A DNA stretch of 36,843 nt, taken from positions 1-36,843 of the forward strand of contig JBLNCY010000020.1 of NCBI GenBank assembly GCA_050261115.1. Reading direction: 5' to 3'. Positions 28,499-36,843 of the stretch are shown here, one piece after another. The stretch comes from Methanocella sp. (lineage in GTDB: Archaea > Thermoproteota > Bathyarchaeia > Bathyarchaeales > Bathycorpusculaceae). The notes under the pieces are model-generated. The model ran no database searches and had not been told where the DNA came from. It saw only the letters and a program-made list of their open reading frames with translations. Position 1 is the first letter of the stretch. Every line of letters starts with the position of its first letter. The position numbers were made by a program, and so were the translations under genes.

Positions 28499-28914
28499 CT
28501 TTTTTTTTAAAAAAAAGCGGTAATGGTGGGTACGCCATATCGCCGAAAAAGGGCAAGGTTTTTTCTAAACCTTTATTTTACATACAATAAGCGCCGGCGA
28601 GGCATCCAACCCAAGGATCCAGATGAACCCTATGGAGACGACGACAACCGCAAAAAACAACATCACACTGCACGAGAGCTAAAAACGGAAGGCGCCCCCA
28701 TCACCCTAAAAAAAAATATTTTTTTTTTTTAAAAAAAAACGCTATCATGAGGCTGCTTCTTTCTTCAGTAAATACGTGGTTAGGGCATGTATTGGTGAAC
28801 TATCTATCGGTATATACATGGGTTAACCGTTTGGTATATTGACCTTTTAGCCGTCTTTCCGAAAGCTAAAATAAGCCGAGCAGAAAAATATAGCCCACAC
28901 GAGGTTATAGTTGC

Positions 28915-30168
28915 GTGTCATCAATCATTGAGGACCTCATCGCCCGAAAAGTTTTCAACAACCGTGGAGACGAAACCATAGAAATTGACGTAATTACCGC
29001 AGGCGGATTTGGACGTGCAGGCGCACCCGCTGGTAAAAGCAAAGGAAAAGCTGAAGTAATGTATTACCCACAAGGTGGCGTTGAGGCAGCCATCAAAAAA
29101 GTTGATGACCTAATCGCCCCTGAACTTGCAGGCTTAAACGCTGATTTTCAACAGGAAATCGACAGCACACTCCACGAAATCGACGGAACCGCCGACTTCA
29201 AAAACATCGGCGGCAACACCGCGTTTGCTATCAGCCTTGCGAATGCCGAGGCAGCTGCAAACAGTCACGGCCTATTACTATTCCAGTTTCTAGGCGGAAA
29301 CGCTGCAAACTCCCTGCCGTTCCCGCTGGGTAACTGTATAAGCGGCGGCGCCCACGCCCGAGGCAAAGCCCCCAACATCCAAGAATATCTAGCATTACCT
29401 CACGGTGCAGAAAGTTTCCTTGAAGCTCAAACCGCCAACGTGGCTATCCACCGAAAAATCGGTGACGTCTTAAAGAAAAAGTCCACCAGCTTCTGTGGCG
29501 GCAAAAGTGATGAGGGCGCTTGGATTGCTAATATCTCAACCGATGACGCGTTTGAGGTAATCGCTAAAGCCTGTGAAGAAGTCGGTAACGAGATGGATTT
29601 TGAATGCGGCTTTGGCATAGATGTTGCAGCCTCGAATTTTTGGAAGCCAAAGGAAGAAAAGTATGTCTATGATAATGAGGGTGTTAAGCGTGACACTGCT
29701 GAGCAGTTGGAGTACATGATAAGCTTAATTGAGAAGTATCATCTCTCATATGTGGAGGATCCCTTCCACGAGGATGACTTCGAGAGCTTTGCGGAGCTCA
29801 CAAAGAAAGCAAAGAATTGCTTAATTTGCGGTGACGATTTGTTCACAACCAATACTGAAAGGTTAAATAACGGAATTAAGATTAACGCTGGAAACGCCAT
29901 CATCATCAAAGTCAACCAGATAGGCACACTAACCGATGCAGCTGAAACAATCGAGACAGCGCAACGCAACGGTTATGTTCCTGTCGTGTCCCATCGGTCA
30001 GGTGACACATGCGATTGGCATATCGCTCATTTGGCTGTGGCTTACAAGTGTCCAGTCATCAAAACTGGAACCGTTGAAGGTTCCCGTATAGCCAAACTAA
30101 ACGAGCTCATCCGAATTGAGCATTTCCTTGGCAACCGCGCCAAAATGGCTGACTTAAATATATGCTAA
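28915..30168 (+). CDS. eno: Enolase
   Basis: GGAH, IQE, DEG, DVAAS, EDPF, GDDL, IKVNQIGTL, SHRSG and IKTG: catalytic and Mg-binding residues are retained. Confidence 0.96.
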   Translation: MSSIIEDLIARKVFNNRGDETIEIDVITAGGFGRAGAPAGKSKGKAEVMYYPQGGVEAAIKKVDDLIAPELAGLNADFQQEIDSTLHEIDGTADFKNIGGNTAFAISLANAEAAANSHGLLLFQFLGGNAANSLPFPLGNCISGGAHARGKAPNIQEYLALPHGAESFLEAQTANVAIHRKIGDVLKKKSTSFCGGKSDEGAWIANISTDDAFEVIAKACEEVGNEMDFECGFGIDVAASNFWKPKEEKYVYDNEGVKRDTAEQLEYMISLIEKYHLSYVEDPFHEDDFESFAELTKKAKNCLICGDDLFTTNTERLNNGIKINAGNAIIIKVNQIGTLTDAAETIETAQRNGYVPVVSHRSGDTCDWHIAHLAVAYKCPVIKTGTVEGSRIAKLNELIRIEHFLGNRAKMADLNIC

Positions 30169-30177
30169 AAGGGAAAG

Positions 30178-30990
30178 ATGAAAATGTCTGAAGATCAAGT
30201 AAAAGAAAATCAACCAACAGAAAACCCCGAAGAAGAGCAACCCGAGGAACAAGTCGAAACTGTGGAGGCTCCTCAGGAAGAAGCAATCGCTGAACCCATC
30301 GTTGAAGAAGCCCCAGTAGTAGAAGAGGAAGCTATTGAGGAGGAAGAAGAGGTTTCAGCAGGTGCAGAGGAAGAGACGCTCCTTCTACCACGCGACACGC
30401 TGCTATCCGCAGGCATCCACATCGGCACCAGAATGAAAACACTTGACATGGAACCATTCATCTATCGGGTCAGACCAGACGGCTTATTTGTGCTAGACGT
30501 CAAGAAAACAGACGATCGTATCCGCACAACCGCAAAGTTCCTCTCACGCTACGAGAAATCTAAAGTAGCCGTTGCAGCAACCCGCCTATACGCTCACGAA
30601 CCAGTCAAAATGTTCTGTAAACTCACAGGCGCAACCCCCCTGATTGGCAGATTCATCCCAGGCCAACTTAGCAACCCACAATACCAAAATCGTGTTGACC
30701 CCGAAGTTATCCTCGTATGTGACCCACGTGCAGATGCACAAGCAGTAAAAGAAGCATCCACCGTCGGCATCCCCATCGTCGCATTATGCAGCACAGACAA
30801 CGAATTCGCAGGCGTCGACTTAGTCATCCCAACCAACAACAAAGGCCGCCGTGCACTGGCAGTCATCTTCTGGCTACTCGCACGTCAAGTCCTCCGCGAA
30901 AGAGGCGAATTAGCAGCAGACAAAGACCCAAGCTTCACCATCGAGGACTTTGAGGCTAAAGTCACACGCGAAGAGGAGGAGGAACCCTAA
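30178..30990 (+). CDS. rpsB: 30S ribosomal protein uS2 with long acidic N-terminal extension
   Basis: AGIHIGT, GRFIPGQLSNP, DPRADAQAVKEA and IPTNNKGRRAL motifs. Confidence 0.96.
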   Translation: MKMSEDQVKENQPTENPEEEQPEEQVETVEAPQEEAIAEPIVEEAPVVEEEAIEEEEEVSAGAEEETLLLPRDTLLSAGIHIGTRMKTLDMEPFIYRVRPDGLFVLDVKKTDDRIRTTAKFLSRYEKSKVAVAATRLYAHEPVKMFCKLTGATPLIGRFIPGQLSNPQYQNRVDPEVILVCDPRADAQAVKEASTVGIPIVALCSTDNEFAGVDLVIPTNNKGRRALAVIFWLLARQVLRERGELAADKDPSFTIEDFEAKVTREEEEEP

Positions 30991-30994
30991 AAGG

Positions 30995-31852
30995 TTGGCT
31001 CCGCTCCGGCGCGCAGTAGTTGCTTCTCAATTCTATGAGGGCAGCGCCGAAGCACTCAGAGCACAACTTACCTCTTGTTTCCTCCACAAGCTCGGACCAC
31101 AAAAAACCCCAACAGTAAACACGTCAACTCACCCACGAGAAATCGTGGGCCTAATTTGTCCCCACGCCGGCTATGTGTATAGCGGGCCTGTGGCGGCACA
31201 TGCGTATTATCAATTAGCCCAAGACGGCAAACCCGACACAGTTGTTCTTTTAGGCCCAAATCACACCGGCTATGGCAGTGGGCTTTCAGTTATGCGAGAA
31301 GGTATATGGCAAACGCCGCTGGGAAACGTAGAAATCGACACTAAATTAGCTGACGACATACTTCACGAAACACGTATGCTTGACGTGGACAGTGTTGCTC
31401 ACAGATATGAGCATTCGCTTGAGGTACAGTTACCCTTCTTGCAGTACCTTTATGGCAACAACTTCAAGATTGTTCCCATCTGCTTTTTGATGCAGGATTA
31501 TGATTCCGCTGTTGAAATCGGTCGGGCGCTCACCGAAGCCCTTGATGCCACCAACACAGTCGTTATCGCTTCTTCAGATATGACGCATTATGAATCCGAA
31601 AAATCCGCATCCCTCAAAGACCAAGCGGCACTAAAAGAAGTAGCAGCATTAAACGCAAAGGGTTTCTATGACACCATTGAAGCCAAAAACATCACCGCAT
31701 GCGGATATGCCCCCATAACTGCATTAATAACCTATGTGGTGGGTGTCTGCGCCAAAGCTGAACTGCTGGCATATCATACCAGCGGCGATATAACAGGCGA
31801 TCACTCAAGCGTCGTTGGCTACGCTGCTGCCAGCTTTAAAAAACGGGTTTAG
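30995..31852 (+). CDS. MEMO1 family protein
   Basis: PHAGYVYSG, LGPNH, EHSLEVQLPFLQ, ASSDMTHY and CGYAPI motifs. The in-frame TTG at 30995 just after the rpsB stop is preferred to 30950. Confidence 0.93.
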   Translation: MAPLRRAVVASQFYEGSAEALRAQLTSCFLHKLGPQKTPTVNTSTHPREIVGLICPHAGYVYSGPVAAHAYYQLAQDGKPDTVVLLGPNHTGYGSGLSVMREGIWQTPLGNVEIDTKLADDILHETRMLDVDSVAHRYEHSLEVQLPFLQYLYGNNFKIVPICFLMQDYDSAVEIGRALTEALDATNTVVIASSDMTHYESEKSASLKDQAALKEVAALNAKGFYDTIEAKNITACGYAPITALITYVVGVCAKAELLAYHTSGDITGDHSSVVGYAAASFKKRV

Positions 31853-34134
31853 AGTGGGAATTTTAGGGTAAACTTTGTTCCTTTTCCAGTTTCTGTTTCA
31901 AACGTTACTTTTCCACCCATCGCTTCAGTCATACGTTTAACCACCGCTAACCCGAACCCTTGACCCTTCGATTTTGTCGTTGTTAGCGGTGTGAATAGTT
32001 TGGTCCGTACTTCTTCGGGTATGCCCTCGCCGGTGTCCTGTACTGAAATCGTTAACTGGTGCCGCGTATAGTTTGTCTCGATTGTAAGGTCTCCGCCTTT
32101 TGGCATAGCTTGCGCTGCATTCTGCAACAAGTTAACTAAGACCCTTTTAATCATCGTGCTATCTGCGGTCAAGCGTGGCAGGTTATCTGGGATTTTAATT
32201 ACTAGATTAACGTTGTCTGGCAACTTCACCATAGAGAGCGCCTCGTTAATTGTGGCAGCCACGTTTATCTGCTCCTTATTGGGGTTGAGTGGTCTGGCAA
32301 AGTCCTGCAAATCCGCGACTATCTTGTTAATGTAGAAAATGTTATCCTCTATGTTTTTGATGTTATCCAGCAAGTTTTTCTTTGCTTCCTGATTGATGTC
32401 TAGCGCGTCGACGTCTGTTGTTACAAGATAAAGGTCGCTGACAATAGCCTGCAAGGGGTTGCGGATGTCATGGCCCACCATGGCTGCCGTCGCCCCAATT
32501 GCCGAGAGTCGCTCAGCATCCTTGAGTTGTTTTGCCCTGTCGTTAGCCAACTGCTCCATTTGATTAGCGAATTCCTCGACTTCGGCAGCTTTATCTTCGA
32601 GCTTAAGCTGAAGCTCCTTTTGGGTATTAAATGCCTTAGCAAGCTTCAGGTTTGCATGGCTGGTTTTTGAGAGCATCTCTGAGAGTTTAGAATAAAACAC
32701 CATCAAGTTCTCAATGGTATTCCTGCTAAATCGAGGTATCCTATCGAATGCTGCAAGATACGCTTCTTTATTGAACCCATATTTTTCCGCTTGGATTTCA
32801 AACAATCGCCGGTCTGGAATCTCGTCGTCGTAGAAGAACTGCCCAAAGAATACGTTTCCAACGTGTTTATCACCGATATAGAGTGGCGTGACAACATCCC
32901 ACATGTTATTCTTGCATTTATAGATGCGAATCGCGCCCTTCGCTACACCGCTTGAAAGTTCAAGATCGCTTTCTACACAGTTCTTGCAGGTTTCGGGGTG
33001 GACACGGTGAAACTTGGTACAGATGTCTTGCCAACCGGTACCTACCAGCACTTTGCCTTTAAGGTCAATTAATGCGAATCCCATGTGGGTGACGGAGTAT
33101 AGGTAATCCATGGTTACCTGCAGCGAGGGCACATCAATTATGTTGGCGATCTCCTGTTCGCCTAACTCGACATCGGGCGAAAGTACAGAGTCAAGCTTTA
33201 GTTGCAGGCGCTCTTCGCTTTCCATAAGCGCCCTCTGGGTGGCTTCACGTTGCGCGATTTCTTGTTCAAGCTTCAGGTTAGCGGCTTTTAGCTTCTCGGT
33301 GTAGTCGGCTAGTTCTGTTTGGCTCTGTTTTAGGTTTCGGAACAAGAGTTGGTAGGGGCTATTTAGGCTTGTCTTTACTAGCGCTTTATAGATAAAATAG
33401 AAGGAGACTACGTTAAGCAGGTGTCCAGCTACATTCATTATGCCATGTACGTCGGTATAGAGTGTGAAAGCCAACTCGGCGGCTATAGCGGCTGCCAACG
33501 CTGCTAACAGCAACTTGAGAATGTCCCCATCGAATTCCCTGCGATTTAGGTATAGCATGACTGCGGCGACTAAGATAACGCCTGAAATTATATATTCACT
33601 TACAACCTTAAACGGCGTCAACCCCCCTTCATAGGCGACAGGGAAGTTTTGCCATACAAAGATGGATGCGAGCAGCAATCCTGTGACCACTGAATAAGAT
33701 AGGAAAATAACGCTTGGTTTGATTGTTCGCCGAACAAGCAGCGGTGCAATCAGCAATGTGAAGGCGAACATGTAGCGGGTTGCTAACCAGAGTTGTGTTG
33801 CCAGGTTAGATCCCGGATACGTGTCAGAGAATATGCTCAGTCCGTCATATGAAACGGTATGCAAAAAGGCAATGGTAGCTACAAAAAGTAGGGCGATGCC
33901 TAAGAAGAGGAAGAAGGGGTTTTCCGCTATCTTTTTTGTATTCCATGCGATTACGAATATGGCAAAGGCGGTAATTACGCTAAAAATTTCCACGGCGACG
34001 TGGACTAAAAGGAAATTGTATTGCGATAGGAGATATAAGGCCAGTAGCGCCGTCAGTATTGTGCCTAGAGTTAAGGCTTTTGGGGCGATGCTTTTTTTAT
34101 GGTTGCTTTCGATGGTGGCGGTGTCTTCTGGCAC
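31849..34134 (-). CDS. Sensor histidine kinase, MASE3 + PocR + HisKA/HATPase
   Basis: About 8-TM MASE3-like region (H..VEIFS, FLHTVSY, NLATQLW), PocR (GWQDICTKFHR...CVESD...YKCKN...GQF), H box GHDIRNPL, and N/G boxes (NAAQAM, DTGEGI, GQGFGL). Confidence 0.92.
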   Translation of the reverse strand: MPEDTATIESNHKKSIAPKALTLGTILTALLALYLLSQYNFLLVHVAVEIFSVITAFAIFVIAWNTKKIAENPFFLFLGIALLFVATIAFLHTVSYDGLSIFSDTYPGSNLATQLWLATRYMFAFTLLIAPLLVRRTIKPSVIFLSYSVVTGLLLASIFVWQNFPVAYEGGLTPFKVVSEYIISGVILVAAVMLYLNRREFDGDILKLLLAALAAAIAAELAFTLYTDVHGIMNVAGHLLNVVSFYFIYKALVKTSLNSPYQLLFRNLKQSQTELADYTEKLKAANLKLEQEIAQREATQRALMESEERLQLKLDSVLSPDVELGEQEIANIIDVPSLQVTMDYLYSVTHMGFALIDLKGKVLVGTGWQDICTKFHRVHPETCKNCVESDLELSSGVAKGAIRIYKCKNNMWDVVTPLYIGDKHVGNVFFGQFFYDDEIPDRRLFEIQAEKYGFNKEAYLAAFDRIPRFSRNTIENLMVFYSKLSEMLSKTSHANLKLAKAFNTQKELQLKLEDKAAEVEEFANQMEQLANDRAKQLKDAERLSAIGATAAMVGHDIRNPLQAIVSDLYLVTTDVDALDINQEAKKNLLDNIKNIEDNIFYINKIVADLQDFARPLNPNKEQINVAATINEALSMVKLPDNVNLVIKIPDNLPRLTADSTMIKRVLVNLLQNAAQAMPKGGDLTIETNYTRHQLTISVQDTGEGIPEEVRTKLFTPLTTTKSKGQGFGLAVVKRMTEAMGGKVTFETETGKGTKFTLKFPL

Positions 34135-34358
34135 TGGGTTTTGCTCTCCAGTAAGGTAAAGTCTAAACGTTTTGTTGGGATATTGCTGTTAGACTTCAAG
34201 ATTTTGCTGTAGCTATAGGCGGTTTTGATTATTATGGCTTGCTTTTATTTTTTATTCCAAATGTTTGACCTGCGGAGAATTCTTAGCATAAATTTAGCGC
34301 TCACATGTTAGGTGCATAAACGCATTACCTTTATGGGCCTGTGTTCCTATTCAAATGG

Positions 34359-35132
34359 CTACGCATAGTATTCTTTAAGCAAGTCCTCAAAAAATGCCCT
34401 GGTCCTATCAATATCCTCCATCGGGGTTTTGTGGCTCAACTCTAAAGTAATAGGGCCCTTGTAACCAAACCCTTGTAGCGCAGAGAGAAAATCAGTCAAC
34501 TCAGTTTTCTTCTCAAAAAACGGCTTATGCCCTTTATCTGCCATGTGCACATTACATACTCGTCGCCCGTAAGCCTCAAGCAATTCATCAACCACATTAG
34601 TCTCCAGTGCATGGCAAAAATCAAACGTAAGCCCCATCTCACCCTTTGGATCAATAACGCCTAAAACCTCGTCTAGTTCCTCCACATTTTTGCCAAACCC
34701 CGTCGAGTTAAACGACAAATTCTCCAATGAAAGCTTGATGCCTAGTTGTTTAGCGAAGGGAGTTATCTGCCCAAAGACTTCCTTTAAGCATACCTCTCGA
34801 ACCTGCCGCGGTAGCTTTTTAGAAATATTAGAGTGCACGGTCATCAACGGGGCCTTTAATGCACGGGCGCATTCCAGCGAAATCTTTCCGTAATAAACTG
34901 CCTGATGCACCTCTATTGGATCCTTCACATGTAGCACTGCCCCATGGAGTGAAAGGCATACTAAACCTGAAGTCGCCAACGCTTTTTGCTCTCGATAAAC
35001 ATCAGTATCATGCTCTTTCTTGATGGTTTTCATGTTAAACTCTATGTTAGTGAATCCAAGTTTTTTGGCTGCAGCAAAGTTCTCGTTAATGCGATACTTG
35101 GAAAAGATTCCGTTGGATAAGCTGAGCTTCAT
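34359..35132 (-). CDS. Sugar phosphate isomerase/epimerase (xylose isomerase-like TIM barrel)
   Basis: Metal-binding pattern LEN...DFCH...HMAD...LE. Confidence 0.85.
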   Translation of the reverse strand: MKLSLSNGIFSKYRINENFAAAKKLGFTNIEFNMKTIKKEHDTDVYREQKALATSGLVCLSLHGAVLHVKDPIEVHQAVYYGKISLECARALKAPLMTVHSNISKKLPRQVREVCLKEVFGQITPFAKQLGIKLSLENLSFNSTGFGKNVEELDEVLGVIDPKGEMGLTFDFCHALETNVVDELLEAYGRRVCNVHMADKGHKPFFEKKTELTDFLSALQGFGYKGPITLELSHKTPMEDIDRTRAFFEDLLKEYYA

Positions 35133-35178
35133 TTGTAGCGCCTACCCGTAAATGAATTACATATGCAGGGCAAAAATG

Positions 35179-35310
35179 TTATGTTTTTTGTTGTTTGCGG
35201 AGTTTTTTGATGTGTTCGTCATGGCTTTGGTGTTCTGCGGTTGTCATGGGTGGGCGGAACCGATTTTTCTTAAATTCTTCTTCCATTTCTTTTTCGTTTT
35301 GGTCTTTCAT
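35179..35310 (-). CDS. Small charged hypothetical protein (43 aa)
   Basis: MKDQNEKEMEEEFKKNRFRPPMTTAEHQSHDEHIKKLRKQQKT; not in the ORF track; co-oriented with both neighbours. Confidence 0.5.
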   Translation of the reverse strand: MKDQNEKEMEEEFKKNRFRPPMTTAEHQSHDEHIKKLRKQQKT

Positions 35311-35410
35311 AGGGTTGATTGCTGTGTGGGTTGGGATAAGGCTTTGTTGTAGCTGCTTGTCTATACAAGCGTAGAAAAGTGTGTTTAGTGGTTGTGTGTG
35401 AGTTAGAAGT

Positions 35411-35532
35411 GGCTGCCAGCTTTCCCAGGTTCACGTGGCCTAAGACCACACTACAGCTGGGAACGGAACACGGTTTAACTTCTGAGTTCGGGATGGGATC
35501 AGGTGGAACCCGCGCCCTTTGACCGGCAAACC
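35411..35532 (-). rRNA. rrf: 5S rRNA (stand-alone)
   Basis: Conserved core CACCTGATCCCATCCCGAACTCAGAAGTTAA; terminal helix GGTTTGCCGG/CTGGCAGCC; ~122 nt; TTATAA about 25 nt upstream. Confidence 0.95.
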
Positions 35533-35662
35533 GAATCCCTCATAGGGACTGTTCCTTATAAGTGTTGTTTTTTCTTAGTGGTTTTTTCTTGGAAACCGCC
35601 GAACAAGGTTAGGGGCTATAAGCTATAAGCGAATGTGTTGTCTTTACAATTAGGGTTCAACT

Positions 35663-36385
35663 GTGACTATCGAGCAGCGAAAACTAGGCATTACACTCAT
35701 CGCAGCCTGCTTAGTCCTGATAGGCATCACTCTTCTAATAAACAATCAAGTGTACGCCCAAGAATCAATCTCATTTTCATCGCAAACACCTTTCAATATT
35801 CCATCTTATAATGCAACCATATTTTTTGCCCAAGACGGCACGTGTAACCAAGCTACCTTTGAAAACGATACATGGGTATTCAGGGGATTATGCTTCTCGA
35901 ATTCAGTAGCGCTTGATTCATTCAAGGTTTCAGCCCGAGACTGTAACGTTACCGTTTATTTCTCGGGAATATTTAGGGGCTACTTGAAAGCGCAGGAATC
36001 AGGGCTGATGCAATACAATGTCACTGGGGCTGGTGAGCAACAATTCAATTTTGGTCTCAGCCCCAATTTTGGTGTTAACCAGAAATACAGGGATTTGAGG
36101 GTTCGGTTTAGCAGCGAGTTCTTTACAAACAGCAGTGAAGTCGTCCGTGAAGGTGAAGGTTGGCAACTTGGTGAGGATGGCACCATAACCGTAACGGGCG
36201 CTGTCACGGGGGCAAGTATCTTGTATGCGGATTATTCCAACATCTATGGCGCTGCTTCCTTGCCCTTCTATATGCGTCATTCGGTTACGTTGGCGGCGGT
36301 TTCAGCAATGCTGGTGTTAGTAGCTATAGGGGTAGCTTTGCGGTTTAGGGAAGGAAAAATCAAGCGTTTAGAGAGGGTGCCATGA
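35663..36385 (+). CDS. Secreted protein with C-terminal TM anchor
   Basis: Signal peptide (VYA-Q), beta-rich ectodomain, C-terminal hydrophobic helix and basic tail. Confidence 0.8.
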   Translation: MTIEQRKLGITLIAACLVLIGITLLINNQVYAQESISFSSQTPFNIPSYNATIFFAQDGTCNQATFENDTWVFRGLCFSNSVALDSFKVSARDCNVTVYFSGIFRGYLKAQESGLMQYNVTGAGEQQFNFGLSPNFGVNQKYRDLRVRFSSEFFTNSSEVVREGEGWQLGEDGTITVTGAVTGASILYADYSNIYGAASLPFYMRHSVTLAAVSAMLVLVAIGVALRFREGKIKRLERVP

Positions 36386-36843
36386 ATCTGTTAAATTACC
36401 AATACGGTATACTCATCCTCTTTGTTATGGTAGTTATCCTTGGTATCGTCGCCATTTTGAAACTCTCTAATAACAAGACTCGCCGCATAAGCAACCTCCG
36501 CCTCTACGTCCAAATAGCCGCTATACTAGCTGTTTTTATGGGCTTAATAATTGGGCCCTTTAACGGTCCCGACAGTGTCTGGCGTCCACTCGGTATCTCA
36601 CCTAGAAGCAGTCTTATCGGCGCAGACATCTTAGGCGCACAATTCCCTGATGGCATAACCGCCCCCTTCTTGGCATGCTATATCCCCAACGGTCGAACCG
36701 TCACCTGCGCCATATGGCAAATTCAAGCCTATATTTTCCCCTTCTGGGACTACGCCCGAGGCTACGATGTATTTTATGCCCTCACAGGTGCAGAGATGCT
36801 TCTTATCGTCTTTAGCTCTCTTGTCGCGGCGTCTTTACTGCTT
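36382..36843 (+). CDS. Partial membrane protein, possibly NapH/MauN-like 4Fe-4S binding protein (runs off the window)
   Basis: ATGA overlap with the previous gene; open to the window end (MNLLNYQYGILILFVMVVILG...RLYVQIAAI...LACYIPNGRTVTCAIWQIQ...). The family call is tentative because the Fe-S motifs are not visible. Confidence 0.65.
   Translation, partial: MNLLNYQYGILILFVMVVILGIVAILKLSNNKTRRISNLRLYVQIAAILAVFMGLIIGPFNGPDSVWRPLGISPRSSLIGADILGAQFPDGITAPFLACYIPNGRTVTCAIWQIQAYIFPFWDYARGYDVFYALTGAEMLLIVFSSLVAASLLL

Noticed and set aside
28523-28732. 69-aa ORF, and a GGUGAUGG...CGCC fluoride-riboswitch-like start on the minus strand
   Set aside because: It falls in the suspected artefact segment; the pseudoknot partner of the riboswitch is absent.
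35152-35352. 66-aa Phe-rich ORF on the plus strand
   Set aside because: Antisense shadow of the Lys/Glu-rich minus-strand ORF at 35179-35310.
237-36280. Numerous antisense and alternate-frame ORFs in the track (e.g. 532-951, 7838-8305, 14854-15258, 26468-27022)
   Set aside because: They overlap well-supported genes and have Ser/Pro-rich shadow composition with no motifs.
1-36843. CRISPR arrays, transposases, integrases, prophage or defence genes
   Set aside because: No regularly spaced repeats or recognisable mobile or defence protein motifs were seen, and no duplicated tRNA 3' end (att site) within the window.

Overview
Archaeal chromosomal window, TACK-like and most plausibly Bathyarchaeia. 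This is an inference from Alba, ABCE1, DUF106-cmk, eno-rpsB-MEMO1, a stand-alone 5S rRNA, GGAGGTGA/AGGTG Shine-Dalgarno (SD) motifs and a large secreted PQQ-type beta-propeller protein. Content is mostly housekeeping: alba, Mrp/NBP35, threonine dehydratase, DEAD-box helicase, ABCE1, rpiA, a bacterial-type clpB, cmk, enolase, uS2, MEMO1, tRNA-Ala(UGC) and 5S rRNA. There are also several surface or membrane proteins, a radical SAM/GT2 divergent pair, an orphan MASE3-PocR histidine kinase and a CheR pseudogene. I saw no CRISPR array, transposase or integrase, and I cannot claim a clear new multi-gene system. The best leads are: (1) an Oxa1-superfamily (DUF106/EMC3-like) insertase fused to a secreted beta-rich ectodomain, echoing YidC architecture; (2) a 25-aa Trp/acidic micropeptide gene with its own SD, missed by the ORF track; (3) a C/D-box sRNA with a guide complementary to conserved 16S helix 34; (4) a ~38-bp dispersed intergenic motif; (5) an apparent ACG start or homopolymer slip in the large surface protein gene. 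All family assignments are from motif recognition by eye, not database searches.
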